Notes under the pieces: generated by a model | The model's database searches: none | Seen by the model: the letters and a program-made list of their open reading frames with translations, nothing else | Told to the model about the DNA's origin: nothing | Shown here: one piece after another, positions 1 through 8,324 of the stretch | How positions within the stretch are numbered: position 1 is the stretch's first letter | How the letters are laid out: every line of letters begins with the position of its first letter | DNA from: a bacterium | GTDB lineage: Bacteria > Zhuqueibacterota > Zhuqueibacteria > Oceanimicrobiales > Oceanimicrobiaceae | NCBI GenBank assembly: GCA_046758365.1 | Contig: JBHIAC010000112.1 | Coordinates: 1-11,447, forward strand | Direction of reading: 5' to 3' | DNA: 11,447 nucleotides | Position numbers and translations under genes: made by a program

Positions 1-102
1 ATCCAGAATCACCGTTGTTAATTCAGTAAAGTTGAAATATAAAAAAATGGTGGGCAAAATTCGTGACTTTAACAAAGTAAAAGCATATAGGAACAATACA
101 AA

Positions 103-1035
103 ATGTTAAAGCAAGTTATAGAAATATATGAACTTCTGGATGATGCCAATATTAATGGGGGAAAGGTGGCTGAATTTCTGAAGAGCAGGGGATTGGTAAA
201 AATCAAGGTAAATAAGATAAATAGAAAAGGAGGTTCTACAGATTTTATAAAGATAATTATTTCCGGTAAAGAGGGAAAGGAAAAGAATGGAAAGGCTCTT
301 ACACTGGGCATAATAGGAAGACTCGGAGGAATTGGAGCGAGACCGGATCGGATTGGTTTAGTTTCAGATGCAGATGGAGCCATTACAGCATTATCATGCG
401 CCTTGAAACTGGCAGATATGAAGAATAAGGAAGATGTATTGAGAGGTGATGTGATTATTGCAACCCATATTTGTCCAAATGCCCCTGCTCAGCCTCATGA
501 ACCCGTCCCCTTTATGGGGTCTCCAGTAAACATGGCAGAGATGAACAGGCATGAAGTTGATCCTGCCATGGATGCGATACTATCAATTGATACAACCAAA
601 GGAAACAGGATAATTAATCATAGAGGGTTTGCAATTACTCCTACGGTTAAGGAAGGGTATATACTGAGAATAAGTGAAGATTTGTTAAATATTATGGAGT
701 GGACAACAGGTACATCTCCCAGAATTGTTCCGATAACTACCCAGGACATCACGCCGTATGGAAACGGTCTATTTCACATGAACAGTATTATGCAGCCCTG
801 CACGGCAACGAACGCTCCTGTGGTCGGTGTTGCAATAACGGCCGAAACAGCGGTTCCGGGATGTGCAATTGGAGCAAGCCACGAAGTAGATATAGAAGAA
901 GCAGGGCGATTTTGCATCGAAGTAGCGAAAGCTTTTACAGATGGAAAGTGCAAGTTCTACGATGAAAAGGAATTCAAATCAATTGTCAAACTTTATGGCC
1001 CCATGAATATTTTGCAAACCATGGGAGGAAAATAG
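103..1035 (+). CDS. DUF1177-family protein (uncharacterised; possible M20/M28/M42-like metallohydrolase fold)
   Basis: 310-aa ORF with motifs I recall for DUF1177: LGIIGRLGGIGARP, VSDADGA, THICP, HEPVPFMGSP, ILSIDTTKGNR, ITPYGNGLFHMNSIMQP. It lies directly upstream of an AroM-family gene, a commonly seen pairing. Confidence 0.85.
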   Translation: MLKQVIEIYELLDDANINGGKVAEFLKSRGLVKIKVNKINRKGGSTDFIKIIISGKEGKEKNGKALTLGIIGRLGGIGARPDRIGLVSDADGAITALSCALKLADMKNKEDVLRGDVIIATHICPNAPAQPHEPVPFMGSPVNMAEMNRHEVDPAMDAILSIDTTKGNRIINHRGFAITPTVKEGYILRISEDLLNIMEWTTGTSPRIVPITTQDITPYGNGLFHMNSIMQPCTATNAPVVGVAITAETAVPGCAIGASHEVDIEEAGRFCIEVAKAFTDGKCKFYDEKEFKSIVKLYGPMNILQTMGGK

Positions 1036-1701
1036 ATGAAAATAGGAGCGGTAACCATAGGTCAATCTCCCAGGGATGATATTATTCCTGAAATTCGAGA
1101 GGTTTTAAGTTCAGAAGTTGAGATAGTTGAGAAGGGAGCATTGGATGGACTTAATCTAGAAGATGTAAAAGATTTTTATCCCAAACCGTCTGAGTATACT
1201 CTTGTAACAAGAATGAAAGATGGAACAGAAGTCAAAATTGCTGAAAAACACATTGTACCCAGAATCAAAAATTGCATATTAGAACTTGAAGAGAAGGGTG
1301 CAGAACTTTTAATACTTTTATGCACCGGAGAATTTCCAGAAATTGAATCTAAAAAGATACTCCTGCGACCGGATAGAATCCTACGGAATATGGTCAGAGG
1401 GATACTAGAAAAAGGGAAATTGGGCGTAATAGTTCCCTCTGCTGATCAAATTCAAACAATGGAAAAGAAATGGAAAAGAAATAATCTCAATGTAGTTTCG
1501 GAAGCAGTTTCCCCATACACAGGAACAGAGATAGATATAATTGAAACAGCAAACAAGATCAAAAATTTTAATGTGGATTTAATAGTTCTGGACTGTATTG
1601 GTTTCAATAGAAAGACAAAAGCAATATTTAGAGAGGTAATAAAAAAGCCTGTGCTGTTACCAAGGACGATAATAGGAAGAATTGCAAGGGAAATAGTGTA
1701 G
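1036..1701 (+). CDS. AroM-family protein (Asp/Glu/hydantoin racemase-like fold)
   Basis: 221 aa with N-terminal IGAVTIGQSPRDD, GALDG, LVTRMKDG, LLCTGEF (C96), SPY and VLDCIGF (C187). The ATG immediately follows the upstream TAG, and SD GGAGG is at 1024-1028. Confidence 0.88.
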   Translation: MKIGAVTIGQSPRDDIIPEIREVLSSEVEIVEKGALDGLNLEDVKDFYPKPSEYTLVTRMKDGTEVKIAEKHIVPRIKNCILELEEKGAELLILLCTGEFPEIESKKILLRPDRILRNMVRGILEKGKLGVIVPSADQIQTMEKKWKRNNLNVVSEAVSPYTGTEIDIIETANKIKNFNVDLIVLDCIGFNRKTKAIFREVIKKPVLLPRTIIGRIAREIV

Positions 1702-1819
1702 GTATGATTCAATCTATTGGGAGCAATTAACTTTTTGTACTTGAGCTAAGGCATAAATATCTTCAAAAAGATGAATTGATTGAAGCTAAAGCACGATCAC
1801 CAAAGGATGGGAAAAAAGA

Positions 1820-2656
1820 ATGAGCAGACCATTGAAGTTAGCATTGATTCAACAGTATGCTACTCCTGACAAAACGGATAATCGTCACCGGGGAGTGGCG
1901 GCATTTGAAAAAGCTGCCAAACAAGGTGCCCAGATAATCGCTTTCCCTGAGTTATCATTTACCTATTTTTATCCCCAGCATCCGGTCTGTGGCGATATCC
2001 TGAAATTAGCCGAACAGATCCCGGGTCCCACGACTGAACTTTTTTCTGAGCTGGCCCAGAAATGGCAGGCTGTGGTGGTACTGAACGTTTTTGAAAGGGA
2101 CAGGAATCTAACCTTTGATTCCACACCGGTAATCGATGCCGATGGTACCCTACTGGGGGTCACCCGCATGGTCCATATCTATGAGGGCCCTTGTTTCCAT
2201 GAGAAGGGATATTATACTCCTGGGGGTGGGAATAAGTTAGTCTATGAAACAGTCGTCGGCAAAATCGGTGTTGCGATCTGTTACGACCGACATTTCCCTG
2301 AATACATGCGAGCGCTCGCTTTGATGGGTGCGGAGCTGGTTGTGGTTCCCCAGGCAGGAGCTGTTGGAGAGTGGTCGCCAGGTCTGTTTGAGGCTGAACT
2401 GCAAGTAGCGGGATTCCAGAACGGTTACTTTGTCGCCCTTTGCAACCGGGTCGGAAAGGAGGATTGTGTCACTTTTGAGGGAAAATCTTTTGTCATAGCT
2501 CCGGACGGGCGGATCCTTGCACAGGCACCAGCAGGGAAAGACTCTATTCTCATTACTGAAATTGATCTCGATGAGGTAAGAAGTTCCCATGCCCGCCGCA
2601 GTTTTCTTTCTGACCGCCGACCGGAAATATATTCAGCCTGGTCAACAAAGGAATGA
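1820..2656 (+). CDS. Carbon-nitrogen hydrolase (nitrilase superfamily; N-carbamoylputrescine amidase/beta-ureidopropionase-like)
   Basis: 278 aa with FPEL (E44), FHEKGYYTPG, GKIGVAICYDRHFPE (C154), NRVGKE, FEGKSFVIAPDG and C-terminal DRRPEIY. Purine-rich leader AAAGGATGGGAAAAAAGA precedes the ATG. Confidence 0.9.
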   Translation: MSRPLKLALIQQYATPDKTDNRHRGVAAFEKAAKQGAQIIAFPELSFTYFYPQHPVCGDILKLAEQIPGPTTELFSELAQKWQAVVVLNVFERDRNLTFDSTPVIDADGTLLGVTRMVHIYEGPCFHEKGYYTPGGGNKLVYETVVGKIGVAICYDRHFPEYMRALALMGAELVVVPQAGAVGEWSPGLFEAELQVAGFQNGYFVALCNRVGKEDCVTFEGKSFVIAPDGRILAQAPAGKDSILITEIDLDEVRSSHARRSFLSDRRPEIYSAWSTKE

Positions 2657-2804
2657 AACCCGTAGCCGGAAATATTGCACAGGGAATGATGATCGGCCAC
2701 AAAAGGCTCCTGTTCTAAAAGAAAAGGACTAGCGAAGTAGGCTTCTGAAATGTACGATGCACTTCGTATATAAATTATTATATTATAAAAATTATCAGTT
2801 TCAA

Positions 2805-3530
2805 TCAGCATAATACTATAAGAAGATCCGGCCTATCCGTTAAAACAATCTGTACTCCACAGGCTTTACATTTTTTAAAGTCATTTTCTGTATTTATCAA
2901 ATATCCCACAAATGTTTTTTCGCGCCTATGAATTGAAGCGATTTGTCTTTTTGAAAAGACCGGCAGTTTGAAATGATAGGCTGGTAAGGACAGGATTTGG
3001 TTTTTGGGTTCGAATATATATCCTAACCTGGCAATACTAGACCAGCCCCACATTCGAGTACGAGTTGCCCGGGGGAACAAATTATATCCAGGGAAAAATT
3101 TTTGAACATGATTATCGGCCTTTTGACTCCAGGTAAGAAACCATATTCGATTGTGAAATCTTAATTCAGATAAAAGATTTTTTAAATTTTTAAAAAGGGA
3201 CTCATCAGATATTTTGCAATCAAAAATGTAGTCTTTGTTAGGGTAGGCCTTAAGTAAAGTTTTAAGAGTTATTAATTTGTCGCTATAACGGCCATCGAGA
3301 GACGAGATTTCAATATTACACAATTCTTCAGAAGTAAGTTCGTTGATTACTTTATCTGGATAGCCAAATCGTACCAGGGTATCATCGTGCGATAAAAAGA
3401 TTTGATGGTCTTTGGAGAGTCTTAAATCGGTTTCAAATCCTGTCGCTCCAGCTTTGTGAGCAAGATTAAACGCCAACAGGGTATTTTCTGGCCACATCAA
3501 AGAAGAACCCCGGTGGGCAAAAATTTTCAT
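2805..3530 (-). CDS. Glycerophosphodiester phosphodiesterase (GDPD) family protein, cytoplasmic
   Basis: 241 aa with IFAHRG, PENTLLAF, GFETDLRLSKD, LSHD and C-terminal VLTDRPD. No signal peptide. Confidence 0.88.
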   Translation of the reverse strand: MKIFAHRGSSLMWPENTLLAFNLAHKAGATGFETDLRLSKDHQIFLSHDDTLVRFGYPDKVINELTSEELCNIEISSLDGRYSDKLITLKTLLKAYPNKDYIFDCKISDESLFKNLKNLLSELRFHNRIWFLTWSQKADNHVQKFFPGYNLFPRATRTRMWGWSSIARLGYIFEPKNQILSLPAYHFKLPVFSKRQIASIHRREKTFVGYLINTENDFKKCKACGVQIVLTDRPDLLIVLC

Positions 3531-3609
3531 TGTATAAGAATTATATACTCGATTTTGAATTCAGAATTACAGTGCCTCCAGGACTACTTAAATAGGCCAA
3601 ATTAATTAC

Positions 3610-4977
3610 TCATCGTCCATTCGTTAATCCCATTCTCTGATATTTTGTCTGGTACTTTTTATACAATTGCGTATGTTTACTGTTCAGGTCAATTATACGG
3701 CCTTGAATGAACTCCCATTCAACATGAGTTCTAATTTCCAGTGGATCCCCATCTGTGACAATAAGAGTCGCATCTTTATCAACTTCAAGAGAGCCTACAC
3801 GATCCGCAACTCCAAGAATTTGTGCCGGGTAGAGGGTTACGGCTTTTAATGCTTCTTCTTTCGGTAACCCGTACGCTGCAGCCATAGCGGCTTGGTACGG
3901 GAGATTTCTTTCATGTGCTGCTTCAAAGGTGTTTCCGGAGCCTGAAATACAGAAGGTTACGCCCGCCTCATAGAGTTTAAGTGGAATGGTAAATGGTGTA
4001 TCATAGGCTTCCCAGCGCCGCATCGGCATGTCAAGAGTCCCTTCAACAATGACTGGAATATTTTTCGGCTTGAGTAAATCTGCTACGCGCCAGACATCGT
4101 GTGCACCTACGAGCACAACGTTTAGGTCTTCATCACTAGCCCAATCAATTGCTGCCTGCATCTGCCTAATCTCATGTGCATGGATAAGAACCGGAATTTC
4201 CTTTTTCAAAACTGGGCTCATGGCTTCCCAGCGGAGGTCTGTGTTGTGATAGGGGACACCCTTTTGGGCCTCGGCTTCTTTGGCTTTAAGATAGGCTCGT
4301 GCTTCAGCAAAAGTATCGCGGATTTTCTGGATTTTTTCATCCCGTTCTTTTATTTGTTCTTCTTCACTTTTGGTGACCCAGGGTGCACGGCTGATGCCCA
4401 TCTGGGGCCAATTAATATACAAACCAATGGGGGCTTTCAAAGTCATCTTTTCCCAAGTCCAACCATCGAGCATGATAAGTGCAGATGTTCCACTTATTAA
4501 TCCCCCCATGGGGATGGTGTGGGCCAAAGTAACGCCATTAGCCCGGGCTACCGGCAGTAATTCACTATCTGGGTTAAAAGCCACTTCCGCACGAACGTTG
4601 GGTTTGATGTCGCCCACTTCAGCATAATCCCTAGTCGCGCGGACTGCACTGATTTCAATAAGTCCAATTCTGGAATTCGCTGCAATAAGTCCAGGATATA
4701 CATGTTTGCCTTGAATATTAATTTGTTCTGTACCTTCAGGCAATTCCACTTGGGTGCCCACAGCCGTAATTTTCCCATCTATAAATAGGACGGTTCCGTT
4801 TTCAATAGTGGGACCGCTTACCGTATGGATAATGCCACCCACTAATGCAATGGGATGATCTTGCGGTGGAGCTGGTATTTGATCCGAGGCCATGGCGTTA
4901 AAAGTAAAAACACAAGATATGCTGATTGCAATGACCATCAAAATAAGTTCATATTTGAGAAATGTTTTTTGATTCAT
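3610..4977 (-). CDS. Secreted amidohydrolase-family protein (imidazolonepropionase-like fold) with degenerate metal-binding motif
   Basis: 455 aa with a signal-peptide-like N-terminus ending AMA-S. Shows the beta-sandwich start IENGTVLFIDGKITAVG, VYPGLIAANSRIG where PGLIDxHxH is expected, and ALKAVTLYPAQILGVADRVGSLEVDKDATL. SD AAGGAG at about 4985-4990 on the minus strand. Confidence 0.88.
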   Translation of the reverse strand: MNQKTFLKYELILMVIAISISCVFTFNAMASDQIPAPPQDHPIALVGGIIHTVSGPTIENGTVLFIDGKITAVGTQVELPEGTEQINIQGKHVYPGLIAANSRIGLIEISAVRATRDYAEVGDIKPNVRAEVAFNPDSELLPVARANGVTLAHTIPMGGLISGTSALIMLDGWTWEKMTLKAPIGLYINWPQMGISRAPWVTKSEEEQIKERDEKIQKIRDTFAEARAYLKAKEAEAQKGVPYHNTDLRWEAMSPVLKKEIPVLIHAHEIRQMQAAIDWASDEDLNVVLVGAHDVWRVADLLKPKNIPVIVEGTLDMPMRRWEAYDTPFTIPLKLYEAGVTFCISGSGNTFEAAHERNLPYQAAMAAAYGLPKEEALKAVTLYPAQILGVADRVGSLEVDKDATLIVTDGDPLEIRTHVEWEFIQGRIIDLNSKHTQLYKKYQTKYQRMGLTNGR

Positions 4978-5040
4978 TTCATATCTCCTTGTTTATTATG
5001 TTCTTACTCTTACAATAACGTGAAACTATCAATAATTGAA

Positions 5041-8000
5041 TTAATCGGTTGGTTTTGACTCAGGTTTACTTTCTTTCTTTTGATCTTTTTTCTTAGAGGC
5101 TAGCACTTTTTGGATGATTCGGGCTCGCTCAGCTTCTACCTGCTTGCGCTTTGCCAGATCTTCTTCTCGATCAAAGTACTTCCTACCATCTATCCAGGTT
5201 TGTTCACACATGGTATAGGTAGAGAGGGGATGGCCGCTCCAGATCACGAAATCGGCATCTTTGCCTGGCTCTAAAGAACCCACCCGATGGTCGATGCGTA
5301 ATTGTTTTGCTGGATTCAAAGTAACGAATTTCAAAGCCTCTTCTTCGCTCATACCGCCGTATTTAACAGCTTTGGCAGCTTCGAGGTTCAAGCGACGAGC
5401 CAGTTCGTCACTATCTGAATTAAAAGAAACCACCACGCCGGCATTATGCATCAAAGCCCCATTGTAGGGAATAGCGTCATACACTTCAAACTTGTAAGCC
5501 CACCAATCGCTAAAGGTTGAAGCTCCTGCACCGTGTTGCGCTATCGCTTCAGCAACTTTGTATCCTTCTAACACATGCTGAAAGGCTGCGATGGTGAATC
5601 CAAAGTCCTCGGCTACACGTACTAACATGAGAATTTCATCCTGACGATAGGAGTGGCAGTGTACCAATCGTTTACCATGCAATATTTCAAGCAGGGTTTC
5701 CAGTTCTAAATCCCGACGAGGCGGAATCACACCTTTTTTATTCTTCAGGGAGTTATATTTTTCCCATTCTTTCTTATAATCTAAAGCGGCTTTCAAGCGA
5801 TCGCGAATAATTTGCTCAACGCCCATACGCGTTTGTGGATAGCGAGTTGTAAATTGGTCACCCCAATTGCTTTGCTTGACATTTTCACCTAATGCGAATT
5901 TGATGCCTGGGATAGCATCTTTAATCCTTAAATTATCTGCTGACTCACTCCAGCGCAATTTTATAATAGAATTGTGCCCGCCTATGGGATTGGCAGAACC
6001 ATGCAGTTGATTAATCGCGGTTAATCCTCCGGCGAGTTCTCTATAGAAAGCAATGTCATAGTTGTCTATAACGTCGCCAATGCGTACTTCGGCGGTTACG
6101 GCCTGAGTACCTTCATTTACGCCTTGACTAATCCCTGTATGACTATGTGCGTCAATGAGACCAGGCGTCACGTGTTTCCCATTTGCATCAATAATTAATG
6201 CATCAGAAGGAGCCTTAAGACTCTGGCCAATTTTAGTAATTTTACCTTGGGTGATCAAAATGTCTGTGTTTTCAAGCCGTCCCTGTGGGCCACAAGTCCA
6301 AATGGTAGCCCCACGGATTAACACATGCTTGGGCTGTTTTGGTGGGGACATACGACCATAAGCGCCTGGGGGCGACACCGGAGTTTTTGCTGGTGCAGCA
6401 GCCACTTGTGGTTTTTCTTCGGTTTTTTTCTTTTCAGTCTCGATAGTTTCCTTCCATTCAGCTACCCAATTAAACCAGCGCCCATCTGGGAGTTCACCCT
6501 GACCACGGATTCTCTTTTTTTCTAAGCTTCCACTCATTCGAAAAATACCCGAATATCCTAAGCTCTTTCCTGGGAAAGTAAGAAAAATTCGTTTATGTTC
6601 CAGAGCAGCCTTTTGCAGCTTAATTTTTGTAGTATCTTTCAAAAGAGTTCCACTCAAACGCTCAATTTCGCCTTTAAGTTCAAGTTTAACATTTAATGAT
6701 TTATCCTCAGGCAAGGCAAATGTAAGTTGCCATGTACCCCGGGGATCTACTTCTGGCTTCTTTTTTATTTCGTAACGATTGCCGTTAATCCAAACATCTA
6801 GAATCTTGGTTTTCTCATCAAATAATTCTCCATCAGTAACGACCAAGTGGGCGAGTTTGCCCGGCTCAATACTGCCCAGTTGTCGCTCAACTCCAAGAAG
6901 TTTTGCTGGGGTAGTAGTCAAGGCTGCAAGGGCCGCTTTTTTGGAAAGACCTCTTTCAATGGCTTCACGGACTCTTTTTTGAAAATCCGTAGGCTTTTTT
7001 AAAGTTGCACTGGTTAATACGAAATTAATACCAGCCTCTTGAAGTCGCTTTGGATTTTCTGGTGCTGCATCCCAGTGACTCAATTCCATAAGACTTACAT
7101 TCAACGCTTCTTCAGGGGTATCCACTTTAAGGTCTTTTGGAAAATTAACTGGAAGCACAATGGGTACACCAATAGATTTAATTTTTTCGAGCTGACGATA
7201 TTCATGTCCACTGCCTCGCAACCATAGCTTGAGTCCAAATTCTTCAGCAATCTTAATGGCGCGCAGTAGGTTTAAATCATTATCTACTTCAATTATTACG
7301 GGTTGGATACCTTGCACGACTTTTTCTAATGCTTCGAGTGATTCATTCGTTTCAGGCTTTGTTTGACCTTGAGGTTTATAATTGTAAGCCTTATGAGCCT
7401 GCCGGTACCACTGAGCATCCAATAAAGTCTGTCGAATGAGTGCAATAGCACCCATTAATGAATTAGGATAGGTACGATCACGAAAACTTCTCGCTCTCTC
7501 AAAGGTAAGGTGTTGAGCCACCTGATCACGAATGATTTGATCTTTGAGTGTACCATCACCAAGACTTACTAAAGCACTTGTACCACGAAATATCCCTTTT
7601 TTCGGAACCACTAATGCAGCGGTGAATCCCAAAGCCCTAAATTTCTGTAAATCTTTTTTATTGGGCTGATAAAGCTCTATCCCATTTACCTCAGGATGCA
7701 CGCGTGGATTCCAATACTCCACACCAGTTTGTATTTTGGGCTTGTTTGTAGAATTATTTTGCACTGATTTCTTTTTCTCTTTAGGTAAGCCTAAATGGGA
7801 ATATGATTCGATCAAGCCAGGATAAATAGTTAGACCTTCATAATCCCATATTCGTGCATCGGAAGGTGGGGTAACTCGGGTACCAACGGCCTTAATGATA
7901 CCATCCCGCAATACCACGGTTCCTTTTTCGATGACATTACCTGGACTCTGTACAATACGGACGTTTATGAGGGCGTGGACTTCTGGGGTGTTTTCACGAA

Positions 8001-8112
8001 TTCCCACAATCGGGGCTGTTTGAGACCATCCTGATTTGAAAAAAATTAGGGAAAATAAAGCGATTAAAAGCCCCACTCCTAATGTGCCACTGCTTTTCGG
8101 ATAATTTCGCAT
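5041..8112 (-). CDS. Large secreted protein with two amidohydrolase domains separated by a beta-rich domain
   Basis: Start reassigned from the track's TTG at 8130 to ATG 8112, because AGGAGG (8125-8120) sits 7 nt upstream; this gives 1023 aa. A signal peptide is present. Domain 1 has PGLIESYSHLG and TTPAKLLGVERQLGSIEPGKLAHL. Domain 2 has PGLIDAHSHTG, KFALGENVK, HCHSY, FQHVLEG, SFNSDS and TLNPAKQLRIDHRVGSLEPGKDADF. Confidence 0.9.
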   Translation of the reverse strand: MRNYPKSSGTLGVGLLIALFSLIFFKSGWSQTAPIVGIRENTPEVHALINVRIVQSPGNVIEKGTVVLRDGIIKAVGTRVTPPSDARIWDYEGLTIYPGLIESYSHLGLPKEKKKSVQNNSTNKPKIQTGVEYWNPRVHPEVNGIELYQPNKKDLQKFRALGFTAALVVPKKGIFRGTSALVSLGDGTLKDQIIRDQVAQHLTFERARSFRDRTYPNSLMGAIALIRQTLLDAQWYRQAHKAYNYKPQGQTKPETNESLEALEKVVQGIQPVIIEVDNDLNLLRAIKIAEEFGLKLWLRGSGHEYRQLEKIKSIGVPIVLPVNFPKDLKVDTPEEALNVSLMELSHWDAAPENPKRLQEAGINFVLTSATLKKPTDFQKRVREAIERGLSKKAALAALTTTPAKLLGVERQLGSIEPGKLAHLVVTDGELFDEKTKILDVWINGNRYEIKKKPEVDPRGTWQLTFALPEDKSLNVKLELKGEIERLSGTLLKDTTKIKLQKAALEHKRIFLTFPGKSLGYSGIFRMSGSLEKKRIRGQGELPDGRWFNWVAEWKETIETEKKKTEEKPQVAAAPAKTPVSPPGAYGRMSPPKQPKHVLIRGATIWTCGPQGRLENTDILITQGKITKIGQSLKAPSDALIIDANGKHVTPGLIDAHSHTGISQGVNEGTQAVTAEVRIGDVIDNYDIAFYRELAGGLTAINQLHGSANPIGGHNSIIKLRWSESADNLRIKDAIPGIKFALGENVKQSNWGDQFTTRYPQTRMGVEQIIRDRLKAALDYKKEWEKYNSLKNKKGVIPPRRDLELETLLEILHGKRLVHCHSYRQDEILMLVRVAEDFGFTIAAFQHVLEGYKVAEAIAQHGAGASTFSDWWAYKFEVYDAIPYNGALMHNAGVVVSFNSDSDELARRLNLEAAKAVKYGGMSEEEALKFVTLNPAKQLRIDHRVGSLEPGKDADFVIWSGHPLSTYTMCEQTWIDGRKYFDREEDLAKRKQVEAERARIIQKVLASKKKDQKKESKPESKPTD

Positions 8113-8216
8113 GAAGAACCCTCCTTTCAAATTAATTGGATGTTTAATTGAAATAATATTAGGGTTGGTAAGAAATCATGTGATTTGTGTTTACAGATTT
8201 ATTATAATTAATTTGA

Positions 8217-8245
8217 AATATAAAGTATTAGCATTAAAACGTCAA
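8217..8245 (-). promoter_or_regulatory. sigma70-type promoter for the amidohydrolase operon
   Basis: Minus strand reads TTGACG (8245-8240), a 17-nt spacer, then TATATT (8222-8217), about 100 nt upstream of ATG 8112. Confidence 0.6.
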
Positions 8246-8324
8246 GTAATTTTTCACAGAATAACTGTTTTTAGGTTATGTTATAGTTAAAATATAGTAG
8301 AGTAAAAATGACGATACTAATTAT

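Noticed and set aside
1..102. Possible 3' end of an upstream gene (frame 3 ...PESPLLIQ* ending at 29)
   Set aside because: Too short to identify, and other frames are equally possible.
868..870. Ile in VPGCAIGASH, where I recall Thr in DUF1177 homologues
   Set aside because: Based on memory only and cannot be evaluated without an alignment.
2621..2675. 10-bp direct repeat CCGGAAATAT at 2621-2630 and 2666-2675
   Set aside because: Only two short copies with no element between them; compatible with chance.
69..2811. Alternative ORFs 69-383, 699-965, 1452-1712, 1969-2169, 2237-2590 and 2425-2811
   Set aside because: They overlap well-supported genes in antisense or shifted frames and contain no recognisable motifs.
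3667..7227. Short ORFs overlapping the amidohydrolase genes
   Set aside because: Shadow ORFs of the long minus-strand coding frames.
8113..8130. TTG start at 8130 given by the ORF track
   Set aside because: The extension contains the AGGAGG SD of ATG 8112, which is the better start.
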